A stretch of 64,000 nt of DNA from an uncultured Candidatus Rokubacteria bacterium (GCA_963747235.1 CAVVEU010000013.1:96001-160000), one strand, 5' to 3'. Positions 31,117 to 42,435 are shown, counted from the stretch's first letter. Notes: generated by a model from the letters alone, not told the origin. A program made the numbers and translations.

Positions 31117-33317
31117 CGCAGGATCACGCTGTTCAGGGACTCGATGCGCTTGCCGGCGAAGCCGCGGATGCTCTCGTTCCCGCCCCCGTTCTTCAACACG
31201 TCGGCGGCCAGCACGCTCGCGTCGAACACGACGCCGGTCTTCCGGGTGATCTCCTTGATCGGCATCTGGTAGATCACGTAGTCGGTCATGTTCATCCGCT
31301 CGTAGCCGAGGCGCTGCACCGGGTCGGTCTGGTCGAAGACGAAGCCGTAGGCGAGACGCTGCGCCTGCCCGTCGACCTTGCTCACGCACGCGACCACCTT
31401 CCAGAACTCCATGGGGACCTGGATCTCGGTCCCGTTGTCGTAGCCGTGGTGCGGATCCTCGAGGCTCAACACGGGGCCGGCGAACACCGACATCCGGCCG
31501 CCCTCCGCCTTCACCTCGTCCTGGATGTGTTCTTCGAACTGGCCCCAGATGCCCGACTTGCCGCTCTGATTGAACGCTTCGCTCTGGGGCGTGCAGTTGG
31601 TCCAGTGGTAGGTGTCGCTGTTGCCGTACTCGGCTTCGCGGCTGGTGCTGCCCCACGCGCCGTCCTCGCGTCGGACGATGTGCCCGCGGTCGATCTTCTT
31701 CGCGGGCGCGTAGAAGTCGGCGTCCTCGATCTGCAGGCCGGGGGCCGCCAGGGCGACCCGGGGATCGAGGCGCCAGTTTTCCCCGCCGTAGTCCTTTCGC
31801 GTCTTCGTGTACCGGCGCGCCGCGGGCCGGTAGTCGACATTGCTGGCCGCCCAGGCCACCAGGCGGCGGTCGCGATTCATGCTGAGCGAGTAGTGATAGT
31901 AGGGAATGACCCACGGAGCGCCCGCGGGGTCCCGGAGGAGATCGCCGTGGTGGTCCGCGTTGACGTGAGGGGCCGGCACGCTCCAGCCGGTGAGGAAGCT
32001 CGGCCGGTAGCCCTTCTGCTTGCGCGCCTCGTAGTTCTCGTCGAACTTGAGGGTCTTCTCCCTGAAGTCGGTTGCGGGCGCTCCGGGAGGGATCGCGGGG
32101 GTGGAAACGGCGCGTCCGGTCGACACGTCCGGGGGAGCGTTCACGTGAATGGTGACGGGACCGCTGAAGTTGAATACGTGACCGGCCATGGGTGGGCTTC
32201 CTCCCGCAAGGCGCGTCGGGGCCAGGTCGGGTGGGGCGGGAATGAGAGGGCTCTTCTCGGCGACGATGCGCAGCGGGTCCGTGGTGGTCGCCAGAAACCC
32301 CTCGAGGATGCGCTGCGCTTCGGGCCGGTCGAGCCGCTGCTCGGAGAGCGACTTGACGAGCGCGCTCACCCGGATGCCCTCGTTGGCGATCCAGATCAGA
32401 TCGCCGTCCGCGACCTCCGCGTCGAGCGGCAGCCGTCGCCCATCACGCGTGACGAGCTGGCCGTTCTCGATCTGGGGCACGCCGCAGTGATGCAGGCCGA
32501 TCGTCTCCCAGTGCTGGTTGAAGACCGGGGCGCCGCTCGATCCCTCGAGGGTGTCGGTCTCGTACAGCAGGAAGCCGTCGTCCCGCAGATCGAGGAGGCG
32601 GTTGTTGACGGTGGCGTATTGCTTCGGGCGACCTTCGGGGTGCTGGATGATGTTGACGGGGTCTCCCTTGGCGATCTTGCCGGTGATGCCGATCAGGGGG
32701 AGATACTGAAACTGGGTCAGGGACGCGCCCTCGAGTGCGGTCGCGCCGACCGCCACCAGCGCATAGTCGAGCCCCTTGTCGTTCACGAAGAAGCGGGCGG
32801 GCTCGAGCTTGAAGATCAGCCCGGCGCGCAGCCCGCCCTGGGTACGCTCGTACAGGAACTGGGCGCCGACGCCGTCGGCCTCGTCCGGCGTGCGGAAGAC
32901 GTGGTGGTTGGTGAGCAGGAGATCCGGGGCCACCAGGAAACCCGTGGCGAACCCTTCGGGGATCGTGCCCGCCGCGCCGATGATGACGAGCCGGGCCACC
33001 GGCCGGCCCGCCTTGAGGGCCTGTTCATCCGGGGGCAGGTCCGCGAAGTCCAGGGTGGCACCGATCTGCCGCTCGGTGGTCCGTCGCAGCTCGCGGTAGG
33101 CCGTGCTCTCGACGAGGGTGCGGAGCTCTTCGCGTTTGGTCTTGGTCGCGAACTGGGCGGCGGTGTTGGCGGCCACGCGCGGCACGGGAATCGAGCCATC
33201 GCGGTCGGGCATGGCGCCCTGGGCCCGCGCCGCGTCGACCTGGAACGCCTTCCAGCGCTCGTGGGCGCGCTCGGAGAGGGCTCGTCGTTCCTGGCGGACA
33301 CGCCGCTCTCGTTCCAT
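31113..33317 (-). CDS. Trypsin/V8-like serine protease fused to a DNA/RNA non-specific (NucA/EndoG-type) endonuclease
   Basis: Protease triad LLTNHHV / LDYALV / GSSGAP. Nuclease motifs W..DPR, DRGH, NCTPQ..FNQ..W..FE. Confidence 0.92.
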   Translation of the reverse strand: MERERRVRQERRALSERAHERWKAFQVDAARAQGAMPDRDGSIPVPRVAANTAAQFATKTKREELRTLVESTAYRELRRTTERQIGATLDFADLPPDEQALKAGRPVARLVIIGAAGTIPEGFATGFLVAPDLLLTNHHVFRTPDEADGVGAQFLYERTQGGLRAGLIFKLEPARFFVNDKGLDYALVAVGATALEGASLTQFQYLPLIGITGKIAKGDPVNIIQHPEGRPKQYATVNNRLLDLRDDGFLLYETDTLEGSSGAPVFNQHWETIGLHHCGVPQIENGQLVTRDGRRLPLDAEVADGDLIWIANEGIRVSALVKSLSEQRLDRPEAQRILEGFLATTTDPLRIVAEKSPLIPAPPDLAPTRLAGGSPPMAGHVFNFSGPVTIHVNAPPDVSTGRAVSTPAIPPGAPATDFREKTLKFDENYEARKQKGYRPSFLTGWSVPAPHVNADHHGDLLRDPAGAPWVIPYYHYSLSMNRDRRLVAWAASNVDYRPAARRYTKTRKDYGGENWRLDPRVALAAPGLQIEDADFYAPAKKIDRGHIVRREDGAWGSTSREAEYGNSDTYHWTNCTPQSEAFNQSGKSGIWGQFEEHIQDEVKAEGGRMSVFAGPVLSLEDPHHGYDNGTEIQVPMEFWKVVACVSKVDGQAQRLAYGFVFDQTDPVQRLGYERMNMTDYVIYQMPIKEITRKTGVVFDASVLAADVLKNGGGNESIRGFAGKRIESLNSVILR

Positions 33318-33413
33318 GGCGCTGGTGCGAGTCTAGGAACGAGGACGGAAGCAAGTCAAGGGACGTGAACGCAGTAAGGGCAGGTGCGAGGGGTGCCGCG
33401 GCGGCACGCCGGC

Positions 33414-34157
33414 CTACCGCCGCGCGACCAGCCGGCGGAACGCCGCCGCGTACTCGAAGTCGTAAGGGGCGCCCAGCTCGGCCGCGCCCTTCTTCACGCG
33501 CTCGCCGATGGTCACGCCCTCCGGCACGTTGAAGCCCGGCATCTGGCTCTGGTGGCGCACCAGCGCGGCGATCTGCCGCTCGATGCCGGGGGTGACGTCC
33601 ACGATGACGTCCGGCTCGTCGGCGCCCCAGTACCAGAGCTCGCGCACCTTGTGCGGCTCGAGCCCTTCCTGCGTGATGTGCTCGGCGAAGTGCAGGTGGT
33701 CGCGGGCATAGGGGTAGACCGCGTCGGTGGTGGCGATGCCGGCCTTGCGGTGGTCGCGGTGCTGGAAGCCCTTCATGCGATAGGGATCGTGGACGAAGAC
33801 GGTGTGCGGCCGGTGACGGCGGATGGCGCGCACCACGTCGCCCAGGAGCTCGCGCGTGTCCTCCAGCCGCCCGTCGGGATAGCCCAGCATCTCCACGTGG
33901 CGCACGCCCATGAAGTCGGCGGCGGCCCGCTGCTCGTGGGCCCGCTTGCGGGCCAGCTCGGCGGGAGCGAGATCGCGGTCGGCGGTGCCGGCGTCCCCGT
34001 TGGTGCACAGCACGTAGCTCACCTCGCAGCCGGCGGCCACCCAGGTGGCGATGACCCCGCCCGAGCCGATCTCGGCGTCGTCGGGATGGGCGAAGACCAC
34101 CATGGCGGACTCGGGGACCTCGGTGACGATCTCGAGCTTGCGGTCGGAGTTGGGCAT
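33414..34157 (-). CDS. PIG-L/LmbE family deacetylase
   Basis: AHPDD, TNGDAG, R..EQ..AA, HRDH. Confidence 0.92.
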   Translation of the reverse strand: MPNSDRKLEIVTEVPESAMVVFAHPDDAEIGSGGVIATWVAAGCEVSYVLCTNGDAGTADRDLAPAELARKRAHEQRAAADFMGVRHVEMLGYPDGRLEDTRELLGDVVRAIRRHRPHTVFVHDPYRMKGFQHRDHRKAGIATTDAVYPYARDHLHFAEHITQEGLEPHKVRELWYWGADEPDVIVDVTPGIERQIAALVRHQSQMPGFNVPEGVTIGERVKKGAAELGAPYDFEYAAAFRRLVARR

Positions 34158-34175
34158 GGAGGTGATCTTACCCTG

Positions 34176-35029
34176 TTATGGCTCGTGAACCGTGGCGAGG
34201 ACGGCGGGGAGGGCGGTCATGGCCTCCTGGAGGCAGCGGCGCACGCGGGCGATGTTCGCCTCCGCCTTCTCCGGGACGCCCCCGCGCGAGATCAGGGCGA
34301 TGAACTCCTCGCGACTGGTCGCCATCAGCAGGGACGCGTTGATCTCGAGCTGGAGCGCGTGGATGCGCCGCGTCCAGGGCTGGCCGAAGGTGGCCACGAT
34401 GTTGCCGCCGGTGTAGCCGGTGACGTTCTCGTGGACCTCGAAGCCGTGGCGCGTGAAGATCTCGGCCACCGTGGCCACGATCTGCGGGGCGCAGGTGGCG
34501 TCGTGACGCGTGCCGATGATCACCTGGTGGTCCTTCATCCGGCGCGGGCTGCCGGTGTGGCCGTCCAGCAGCAGGGCGTGGCCGTGCGTGCGGTGCAGCG
34601 CGGTCAGGAGCTCCTGGAGCGTCGCGTAGTAGGGGTCGTACAGCGCGCACAGGCGCGCCTCGAGCGCGGGGAGCCCGAGCGGCCGCGCGAAGATGGCCAC
34701 GTCGCGCATGGTGTGGGTGCGCACCACTCCGCGGCGCGAGCGCACCGGCCCTCGTGGTGCTCGAAGTCGTCGCGGCGGCGATTGACGTCCACGAACATGC
34801 GCGAGAAGGGAGTGGCCAGCACCGTGGCCCCATGCTCGTGCAGATCGCTGTAGACGTCGCCCACGAAGGTGTCGGCGAAGCCGTAGGCGAAGGTCTCGAA
34901 CCAGGGCTCGGAGTAGTCGTCGCGGGTGATGTGCGGCAGCGGCTGCGTGCCGTAGTGGGGCACGCTCACCAGGATCGGCGTGCGCCGGTCGTCCGCCGGG
35001 TGCCGGACGATCGGGAAGGGGTGCTCCAT
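34176..35029 (-). CDS. N-formylglutamate amidohydrolase family (frameshift at ~34745)
   Basis: SVPHYG, SRMFVDVNR, YDPYY, LLDGH, EN..YTGG, HALQLEIN. Confidence 0.85.
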
Positions 35030-35934
35030 CAGCTCCGGCCGAGCTGCCGGCCGACGAAGTCGCGGACGAGGGCCACGCACCGCTCGGTATCCGGGCTCGC
35101 CTGCTGCGCGAAGCTGTGCCGCGCGTCCGGGAAGTGCGCGTGCTCGACCGCGCCGCCCGCGCCCTGGTACGCCTTCACGAAGGCCTCGGTGATGGCGGCG
35201 GGCACGTTGTCGTCCAGGTCCGGCTGGGCGACCCAGATCGGCGGCAGCGCGGTGGCCTGGCCGGCGGAGACGATCCGCGTGACGCTCCCGGCCGCCATCG
35301 CCGCCTCGTCCGCGAAGAAGGCGCGATGCGAGGCGATCAGGCGCTTGGCGTCGAAGCCCGAGGGCGGCGGGGGCTCGTGCTCGCGGGACAGCGCGTAGTG
35401 ATAGCGGGCCAGCGGGTCGGCGACCGGATAGAAGGCCACCACGAAGGCCACCGAGGCATCGCCCGCGGCCGGATCGAGCGAGCCGTCCGGCCGCACGATC
35501 GGCGTGCCCGCGGTCTCGGGCGCGGCCGGTCTCACCGCGTGGAGCAGGGCGAGCTGCCCGCCGCTCGAGCTGCCGAGGAGGCCGATGCGCGCCGGGTCCA
35601 CGCCCAGCCGGCCCGCGTGCGCGCGGGCGTAGCGGACTCCGGCCGCGACGTCGGCGCTCGCCACCGGGAACCGGTGGTCCGGGGCCTGGCGGAAGTCGAG
35701 CGCGACGACGACCACCCCGGACGCGGCGAGCGCCCCGCACATGATGGCGTCGGCGGTGCGGTCGAGTCGCGCCCACGCGCCGCCGTGCACGTAGACGACC
35801 GCGCCGAGGGGCCGGTCGGCCGGCCCCCGCGGGCGATAGATCCGGGCCAGCAGCTCCGCGCCCGCGGGCCGCGCGAAGGGCGTGTCGGTCTCGTCCACCT
35901 CGTACGGACCGGTGGGATCGAAGCGAACGGTCAC
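35029..35934 (-). CDS. Alpha/beta hydrolase, acetyl esterase-like
   Basis: VHGGAW, DFRQAP, GSSSGG, D..H(SF). Confidence 0.88.
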   Translation of the reverse strand: MTVRFDPTGPYEVDETDTPFARPAGAELLARIYRPRGPADRPLGAVVYVHGGAWARLDRTADAIMCGALAASGVVVVALDFRQAPDHRFPVASADVAAGVRYARAHAGRLGVDPARIGLLGSSSGGQLALLHAVRPAAPETAGTPIVRPDGSLDPAAGDASVAFVVAFYPVADPLARYHYALSREHEPPPPSGFDAKRLIASHRAFFADEAAMAAGSVTRIVSAGQATALPPIWVAQPDLDDNVPAAITEAFVKAYQGAGGAVEHAHFPDARHSFAQQASPDTERCVALVRDFVGRQLGRS

Positions 35935-35940
35935 GGGAGG

Positions 35941-36855
35941 TCAGCCGAGCCGGGACAGGTACTGGGCCACGAAGTCGGTACCGACCAGCGCCACGTAGGC
36001 GTCGGTGAGGCGCTTCGTGATGGGGCCGGGCACCCGGCCGTCTCCGATCGGCTGCCCATTGACCGAGCGCACGCCGCAGAGGCACAGGCTGGTCGAGGTC
36101 AGGAACACCTCGTCGGCGGTCACCGCGTCGTAGACGTCGAGGTCGCGCTCCTCACAGGGAATGCCGAGCTGCGCGGCCATCTCCATCGCGGTCCGCCGGC
36201 TCACTCCGGGCAGCACGTACTGCTCGCGCGGCGTGTAGACGCGGCCGCCGCGCACCACGAAGATGTTGCTGCCGACCCCTTCGCAGAGGTTGCCGTGCTC
36301 GTCCAGGAGGACCGACCAGGCGTCGGGGCTGGCGCGCTTGACCTCGCGGTCGGCCAGGATGAGGTTCAGATAGTTGTGGGTCTTGGCCCGCGGGCTCAGG
36401 ATCGACGGCGGCGTGCGGCGGATGGACGGCACCGCCACGTCGATCCCGTCCCGGAAGTGGGCGGCGCGCTTGCGGAGCGGCAGCGGCGTGCAGTCCACGA
36501 TGACCTGGGGGCCGGTGTGCGCCCACCCCTCGTCGCCGATGGCGTCCACGCCCCGGCTGATCCGCTGGGCCACCCACCAGTCGCCCGCGGCCGCGCGCAG
36601 GGGCTCGTTGCGCTCGACCACGTCCTCGGTGATCGCGATCATCTCCTTGGGCTCGAGGCCGACGTCGATCCCCAGGTACTGGAGCGAGCGATAGAGCCGC
36701 TCGACGTGCTCCTCCAGGCGGAAGATGCGTCCGTCGAAGGTGCGCGTCATGTCGAAGCAGCCGTCGCCGCGGTTGAAGCTGCGATCGCGGTAGGGGATCA
36801 TCACCTGCGTCTCGGGGACGAGGCGGCCGTTGAAGTACGCGGTGCGAGTGGTCAT
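35941..36855 (-). CDS. PLP aminotransferase class IV (IlvE/Dat-like)
   Basis: DRSFNRGDGCFD, EHVERL, AKTHNYL, EGVGSNIF, LPGVSR, ADEVFLTST. Confidence 0.92.
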   Translation of the reverse strand: MTTRTAYFNGRLVPETQVMIPYRDRSFNRGDGCFDMTRTFDGRIFRLEEHVERLYRSLQYLGIDVGLEPKEMIAITEDVVERNEPLRAAAGDWWVAQRISRGVDAIGDEGWAHTGPQVIVDCTPLPLRKRAAHFRDGIDVAVPSIRRTPPSILSPRAKTHNYLNLILADREVKRASPDAWSVLLDEHGNLCEGVGSNIFVVRGGRVYTPREQYVLPGVSRRTAMEMAAQLGIPCEERDLDVYDAVTADEVFLTSTSLCLCGVRSVNGQPIGDGRVPGPITKRLTDAYVALVGTDFVAQYLSRLG

Positions 36856-37739
36856 GCGCGGCTCCGCACGAACCGGCCGATCGCGTCCACCGCGGTCTGC
36901 GCCTCGTCGAGCATCGGCAGGAACCAGTGCCAGACGTGGATCATGCGCTCGTAGATCTCGATGCTCGCGTCCACGCCGGCGGCCCGGGCCCGCTCCGCGA
37001 GCTGGACCGCGTCGTCGAGCAGGACCTCGTCGCTGCCCACGTGGATCAGCAGCGGGGGCAGGCCGCGCAGGTCGGCGAAGAGCGGCGACGCGAGCGGCGT
37101 GCGCGGCGGGGTCGCCCCGAGATAGGCCTGCGCCATCTGCTCGACGCCGGCGCGGCGCACGATCGGATCCGCGTCCGCCTTCGTCGCGTAGCTGGCGCCC
37201 CCGCAGGTGAGATCCACCCAGGGCGAGATGCAGACACCGCCCGCGGGCAGCGGCACGCGCGCCTCGCGCAGGGCCAGCAGCGTGGCCACCGTGAGGCCGC
37301 CGCCCGCGGAGTCGCCCGCGATCACGATGCGCTCGGGGGCGATGGCCTGGTCCAGCAGCCAGCGGTACGCCGCGGTCGCGTCCTCCACCGCCGCCGGGTA
37401 GGGGTGCTCGGGCGCCAGGCGGTAGTCGAGCAGGAGCGCGCTGGCTCCCGCGGCGGTCGCGATGGCGGCGGCCAGGTGCCGGTGCGAGCGCGGGGAGCCG
37501 ATGACGTAGCCGCCGCCGTGGAGATAGAGCACCACGCGGCCGGGCTCGGCGGACGGCGGGCGTAGCCACTCCGCGGGCGCGGCGGGGGCGTTCACGCGCT
37601 CCACCTTGACGTCGGGCGGAGTCGGGAAGACCTTCTCGGCCCGCTCGTACTGGGCGCGGCGCTCGGCGGTGGTGAGCGAGTCGGACGGGGGCAGCTTCGC
37701 GAGGTGCGCGCGAACAGCGTCGATGCCGCGGTCAGCCAT
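36852..37739 (-). CDS. HSL-family esterase/lactone hydrolase
   Basis: LHGGGY, DYRLAPEHPYPAA, GDSAGG, EVLLDD, HVW. Confidence 0.93.
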   Translation of the reverse strand: MADRGIDAVRAHLAKLPPSDSLTTAERRAQYERAEKVFPTPPDVKVERVNAPAAPAEWLRPPSAEPGRVVLYLHGGGYVIGSPRSHRHLAAAIATAAGASALLLDYRLAPEHPYPAAVEDATAAYRWLLDQAIAPERIVIAGDSAGGGLTVATLLALREARVPLPAGGVCISPWVDLTCGGASYATKADADPIVRRAGVEQMAQAYLGATPPRTPLASPLFADLRGLPPLLIHVGSDEVLLDDAVQLAERARAAGVDASIEIYERMIHVWHWFLPMLDEAQTAVDAIGRFVRSRA

Positions 37740-37810
37740 GGGACTCCTCCATGAGGAGGGATTCTGCGCCGGGACGGGGGTGGTTGGCAACCTGGTGTAC
37801 TCTCCCGCCC

Positions 37811-38701
37811 ATGATCCCGCTCGTGGATGCCCACCATCACATCTGGCGCCAGGCCGACCTGGCGTGGCTGCAGGGGCCGCCGCAGCCCCGTATCTTCGGG
37901 GAATACGCGGCGATCCGCCGCGACTACCCGATCGAGGAGTACATGGCCGAGGCGCGCGCCGCCGGCGTGGTCGGGTCGGTGTACGTGCAGACCAACTGGC
38001 CGCCGGGGCGGGAGGAAGAGGAGGTGGCCTGGGTGCAGTCGGTGGCCGACCGCCACGGCTTCCCGCACGCGATCGTGGGCTATGCCGACCTGGCGGCGCC
38101 GGCGGTCGGCGCCGCGCTCGATCGGATGATGAAGCACTCGCGGCTACGCGGCATCCGCCAGCAGCTCCACTGGCACGAGAAGGACCTCTACCGGTTCGCC
38201 GCCCGTCCCGATCTCATGGACGATCCGGCGTGGCGCGCCGGCCTGGCGGAGGTGGCGCGGCGCGGGCTCGTCTTCGAGCTCCAGGTGTTCGCCGGCCAGA
38301 TGGAGGCCAGCGCCCGGCTCGTCCGCGACTTCCCGCAGGCCACCTTCGTGCTGATGCACGCGGGGATGCTCGAGGACCGCTCGCCCGACGGCTGGACCCG
38401 CTGGCGAGCCGGCATGCGCGCCCTGGCCGCGGCGCCCAACGTCCACGTGAAGCTCTCCGGCCTCGGGACGTTCCCGCGGGCGTGCTCGGTCGAGCTCTGG
38501 AGCCCGGTGATCCGGGAGACCGTCGAGCTCTTCGGCCCGGGGCGGTGCATGTTCGGGAGCAACTTTCCGATCGAGAAGCTGTGGACCACGTACGAAGAAG
38601 TGGCGCGTGTCACCACCGAGTGCCTGGCCCGGCTGTCGGCCGACGAGCAGCGCGCGGTGCTCCATGACACCGCCGCCCGCGTGTATCGACTCGGCCGGTG
38701 A
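37811..38701 (+). CDS. Amidohydrolase_2 family lactonase-like protein
   Basis: DAHHHIW, LRGIR, LMHAG, VKLSG, FGSNFP. Confidence 0.9.
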   Translation: MIPLVDAHHHIWRQADLAWLQGPPQPRIFGEYAAIRRDYPIEEYMAEARAAGVVGSVYVQTNWPPGREEEEVAWVQSVADRHGFPHAIVGYADLAAPAVGAALDRMMKHSRLRGIRQQLHWHEKDLYRFAARPDLMDDPAWRAGLAEVARRGLVFELQVFAGQMEASARLVRDFPQATFVLMHAGMLEDRSPDGWTRWRAGMRALAAAPNVHVKLSGLGTFPRACSVELWSPVIRETVELFGPGRCMFGSNFPIEKLWTTYEEVARVTTECLARLSADEQRAVLHDTAARVYRLGR

Positions 38702-38891
38702 ACCTCGATCTGCGAACGCTCCAGCTCTTCGTCGCGGTGGTGGAGGGGCAGACGGTCGCCAAGGCGGCCAAGCGCGCGCACATGGCGGCGTCTGCGGTCG
38801 GCAAGCGGATCGCCGGCCTCGAGAAGGAGGTGAAGGTCGAGCTGTTCCGGCGCCACCGAACCGGGCGCCGGGACTCTCCATCGCGAGGTAG
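38698..38891 (+). pseudogene. Truncated LysR regulator (HTH only)
   Basis: LDLRTLQLFVAVVE..AKAAKRAHMAASAVGKRIAGLE..LFRR, followed by no substrate-binding domain. Confidence 0.8.
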
Positions 38892-38900
38892 CCGGCCGCG

Positions 38901-39995
38901 CTAGCGGAAGAGGGAGACCACGCGGTCGAGCGTGGCGTCCAGTAGGATCTCCCGCTCGTCCAGCTGGAGCGCGGGGCGCGCGGGGACGAGCGCGCGGTCC
39001 AGCCGCTGCCGGTAGCGGCCGCCGCCGGTGATGTTCAGCAGCACGATCGCCTCGCGGGTGATCGGCCCGTAGCGCGCGGCCTTGAGCAGGGTGGCGAAGG
39101 CCACCGCGCCCGCCGGGTCGATGTCGATGCCCTCCGTCTCCTCGAAGAGGCGGCTCGCGTGCAGGACCTCGAGGTTGTCGGCGGCCAGCATGTCCCCGCC
39201 GCTCTCGGTGAGAATGTCGTAAACGAGCCGGGGCAGCCGCTCCCCGAAGCGGCCGTCGGCCACCAGCCGCCGCGCCATCTCGTGGACCCCGATGCCGCCC
39301 GCCCCGCTACCGATGGCCTGGAGATAGTAATGGGGGAGCCGCCCGATCGCCTCCACCGCGCTCAGGAGGGTGGTGCCGAGGCCTCCACCCGCGCCACATT
39401 CCGGACCCCGCCTTCCGGGACGAAGCTGTCGAGCGCGGCGACGCGGTTGGCGAGGATGATCGCGTCTCGATCTTCACGCAGGGCTTGATGAGCTCGGGGA
39501 ACTGCAGCGCGTTGAGCCCGGCCTCCGGCACCACCACGAGGCAGGGGATGTCGTTCATCGAGCACGCCCGGACGAAGGCGGCCCCGGTGTTGCCGGCGGA
39601 GGCGATCACGAGGACGCGGCTGTTGCCGCTCGGCAGGCGCGACAGCACGGTCCACGCCTCGAGATTCTTGAACGTGGTGGTCTGGAGCTCGGCGCCCTTC
39701 TCCGGCCAGTAGCCGTTGAAGGCGACCAGAGGTTCGGCAGGCCCACCACGCGACTCAACCGCTCGCTCTGGTAGGTGACGGTGCGCCCGGAGCCGTGGAG
39801 CTGCCGCACGACCGGCAGCCAGTGATGATAGCGATAGATGCCGTCGGCGGCGGCGTCGGGCTCGAAGGTCTTCGTCCGGTAGAGCGCGGAGAGGAGTCCC
39901 GGCTCGTGAGATCGCGGACAGTCGAGCAGGAGCCCGTCGTCCTCGAACGCCGTCTCGCAGACGCGACACTGAATCACATGGTGACGATCTCCCAT
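38901..39995 (-). pseudogene. Cysteate synthase-like PLP enzyme (threonine synthase fold), with frameshifts and apparent internal deletions
   Basis: N-terminal CxxC..C, FNGYWPEKGA..TFK.LEA, ASAGNTG, EGG.RNVAR, YYLQAIGSG.GGI, EGIDIDPA, LLNITGGG. Confidence 0.75.
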
Positions 39996-40063
39996 CGCCG
40001 CTTCTCCTCTTCTGGCTGCCCGGACGTTAGGCTTCTGCCTGGCGGGAAGCACGAGGGACCATA

Positions 40064-40092
40064 TACCTACACGGCGGGGTACCTACACGGCG
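40064..40092. repeat. 13-bp direct repeat TACCTACACGGCG x2 (16-bp period)
   Basis: Directly visible in a divergent intergenic region. Confidence 0.75.
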
Positions 40093-40115
40093 AGCACTCG
40101 TGGCAGAATGGCGCG

Positions 40116-40936
40116 GTGACCGCGCCGGAGTTCCTCTACGGCACCGCGTGGAAGGAAGACCGCACCCCCGCCCTCGTGGAGCTGGCCCTCCGGGCCGGCT
40201 TCCGGGGCATCGACACCGCCAACCAGCGGCGGCACTACTTCGAGGCGGGGGTGGGGCAAGGCGCTGGCGGCTGCCTATCGCGCGGGCATCGTCACCCGGG
40301 CGGAGCTGTTTCTCCAGACGAAGTACACGTATCAGCCCGGGCAGGACCACCGGCTGCCCTACGATCCGGACGCCGATCTCGCCACCCAGGTGGCCCAGTC
40401 CATGGCCAGCTCGCTCGAGCATCTCGGACACCGACCACGTGGACAGCTACGTCCTGCACGGCCCCGCTTCGGGCCACGGCTGGACCGAGTACGACGCGGA
40501 GGTCTGGGGCGCGATGGGGCGCGAGCGCGACGCTGGGCGCACGCGGGTGCTCGGCGTGAGCAATGTCTCGCTCCGGCATCTGCAGCAGATGGTGGCCACC
40601 GGCGCGGAGATGCCCGCGTTCGTGCAGAACCGGTGCTTCGCGGTGCGCGGCTGGGATCGCGACGTGCGGGCCTTCTGCGCGGAGCGCCGAATCGTCTACC
40701 AGGGCTTCTCGCTGCTCACCGCCAACCCGGACGTGCTGCGCCACCCGCTGGTGACCGGGATCGCCGCGCGCAGCCAGGCGACGCCCGCGCAGGTGGTGTT
40801 CCGCTTCGCGCTCGCGGTCGGGATGCTCCCGCTCACCGGCACGTCGAGTCCTCAGCACATGAAGCAGGACCTGGCCGCCCGCGCGCTCGCGCTCTCCGCC
40901 GACGAGGCGCGGGCCATCGAATCGCTCGCCGGGTAG
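40116..40936 (+). CDS. Aldo/keto reductase (2 frameshifts)
   Basis: LYGTAWKE, GFRGIDTA, LFLQTKYT, DSYVLHGP, LGVSN, VQNR, TPAQVVFRF. Confidence 0.88.
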
Positions 40937-40946
40937 CCGAGACCCC

Positions 40947-41860
40947 ATGCGCCGCCTCACCGTGCTGATGCCCTTTCACACGCCGTTCTACGCGCCGCTG
41001 CCGGCCGGCGTGGCGCTCGGGCATTTCCGCGACGAGGGTCTTGACGTGACGTGGCTCGCGGCGGCGGCCTTTGGCAAGGGCACGATGCCCGCCCTGCTCG
41101 ACGGGGACATCGAGATCAGCCTGGGCGGGCTGATGCGGAGCTTCGAGCTGGCGGATCGCTCGGGGCCGATCGTGGTGCACTTCGCGGAGGTGTGCAGCCG
41201 GAACGGCTTCTTCCTCGTCGGACGGGCGCCCCGGCCCGCGTTCGCGTGGACGGACCTGATCGGCCGGACGGTCCTGTCGTTCGCGGAGGCCCCGACGCCC
41301 TGGCAGTGCATGCTCACCGTGCTGCGCCGGCACGGCGTGGACGCCGGGCGGGTGCGGATCGAGCGGACGCGCCCGGCTCCCGAGGCGGTCGCCGCGTTCC
41401 TCGCCGGCCACGGCGACTTCCTCGAGCAGCCCCAGCCGGTCGTGGAGCAGCTCCTGGCCGAGGGCGCGGCCCACCTGGTCGCCTCGATGGGTGAGGCCAC
41501 CGGGCCGGTGCCCTTCACGTCGTACATGACCACGCCGGCCTTTCTCGCGCGCGAGCCCGACGTGGTGCGCGCCTTCACCCGCGCGGTGCAGCGGACGCAG
41601 CGCTGGCTCGCCGGCGCCGAGCCGGCCGAGATCGCGGCGGCGATCGGGCCCGCGTTCCCCGAGACCGCCGCGCCGATCCTGGAGCGCGCGGTCGCCCGGT
41701 ACCACCGGCAGGGGACCTGGGCCCGCGATCCGCTGCTGCGCCGCGAGGGCTACGACTATCTCGAGGAGATCCTGCTCGCGGGCGGCCTCATCACGCGGCG
41801 GGCGCGCTACGAGGAGCTGGTGGACACGGAGATCGCCCGGCAGGTGATGGCGGAGGCGTA
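40947..41860 (+). CDS. NMT1/THI5/SsuA-like ABC substrate-binding protein (stop not visible, end approximate)
   Basis: FYAPL..GHFRDEGLDV, GPVPFTSY, VRAFTRAV, YEELVDTEIA. Confidence 0.8.
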
Positions 41861-41964
41861 CGCCCTGCAAAGGATTGACAGGTCCGGAGTCCGCGTGCTA
41901 CTCCGCGCAGTGACGCCGGGTACGCGCGACACGGGCTTGTCTCAACGACGAGAGGAGAATCGCG

Positions 41965-42431
<467 letters not shown>

Positions 42432-42435
<4 letters not shown>

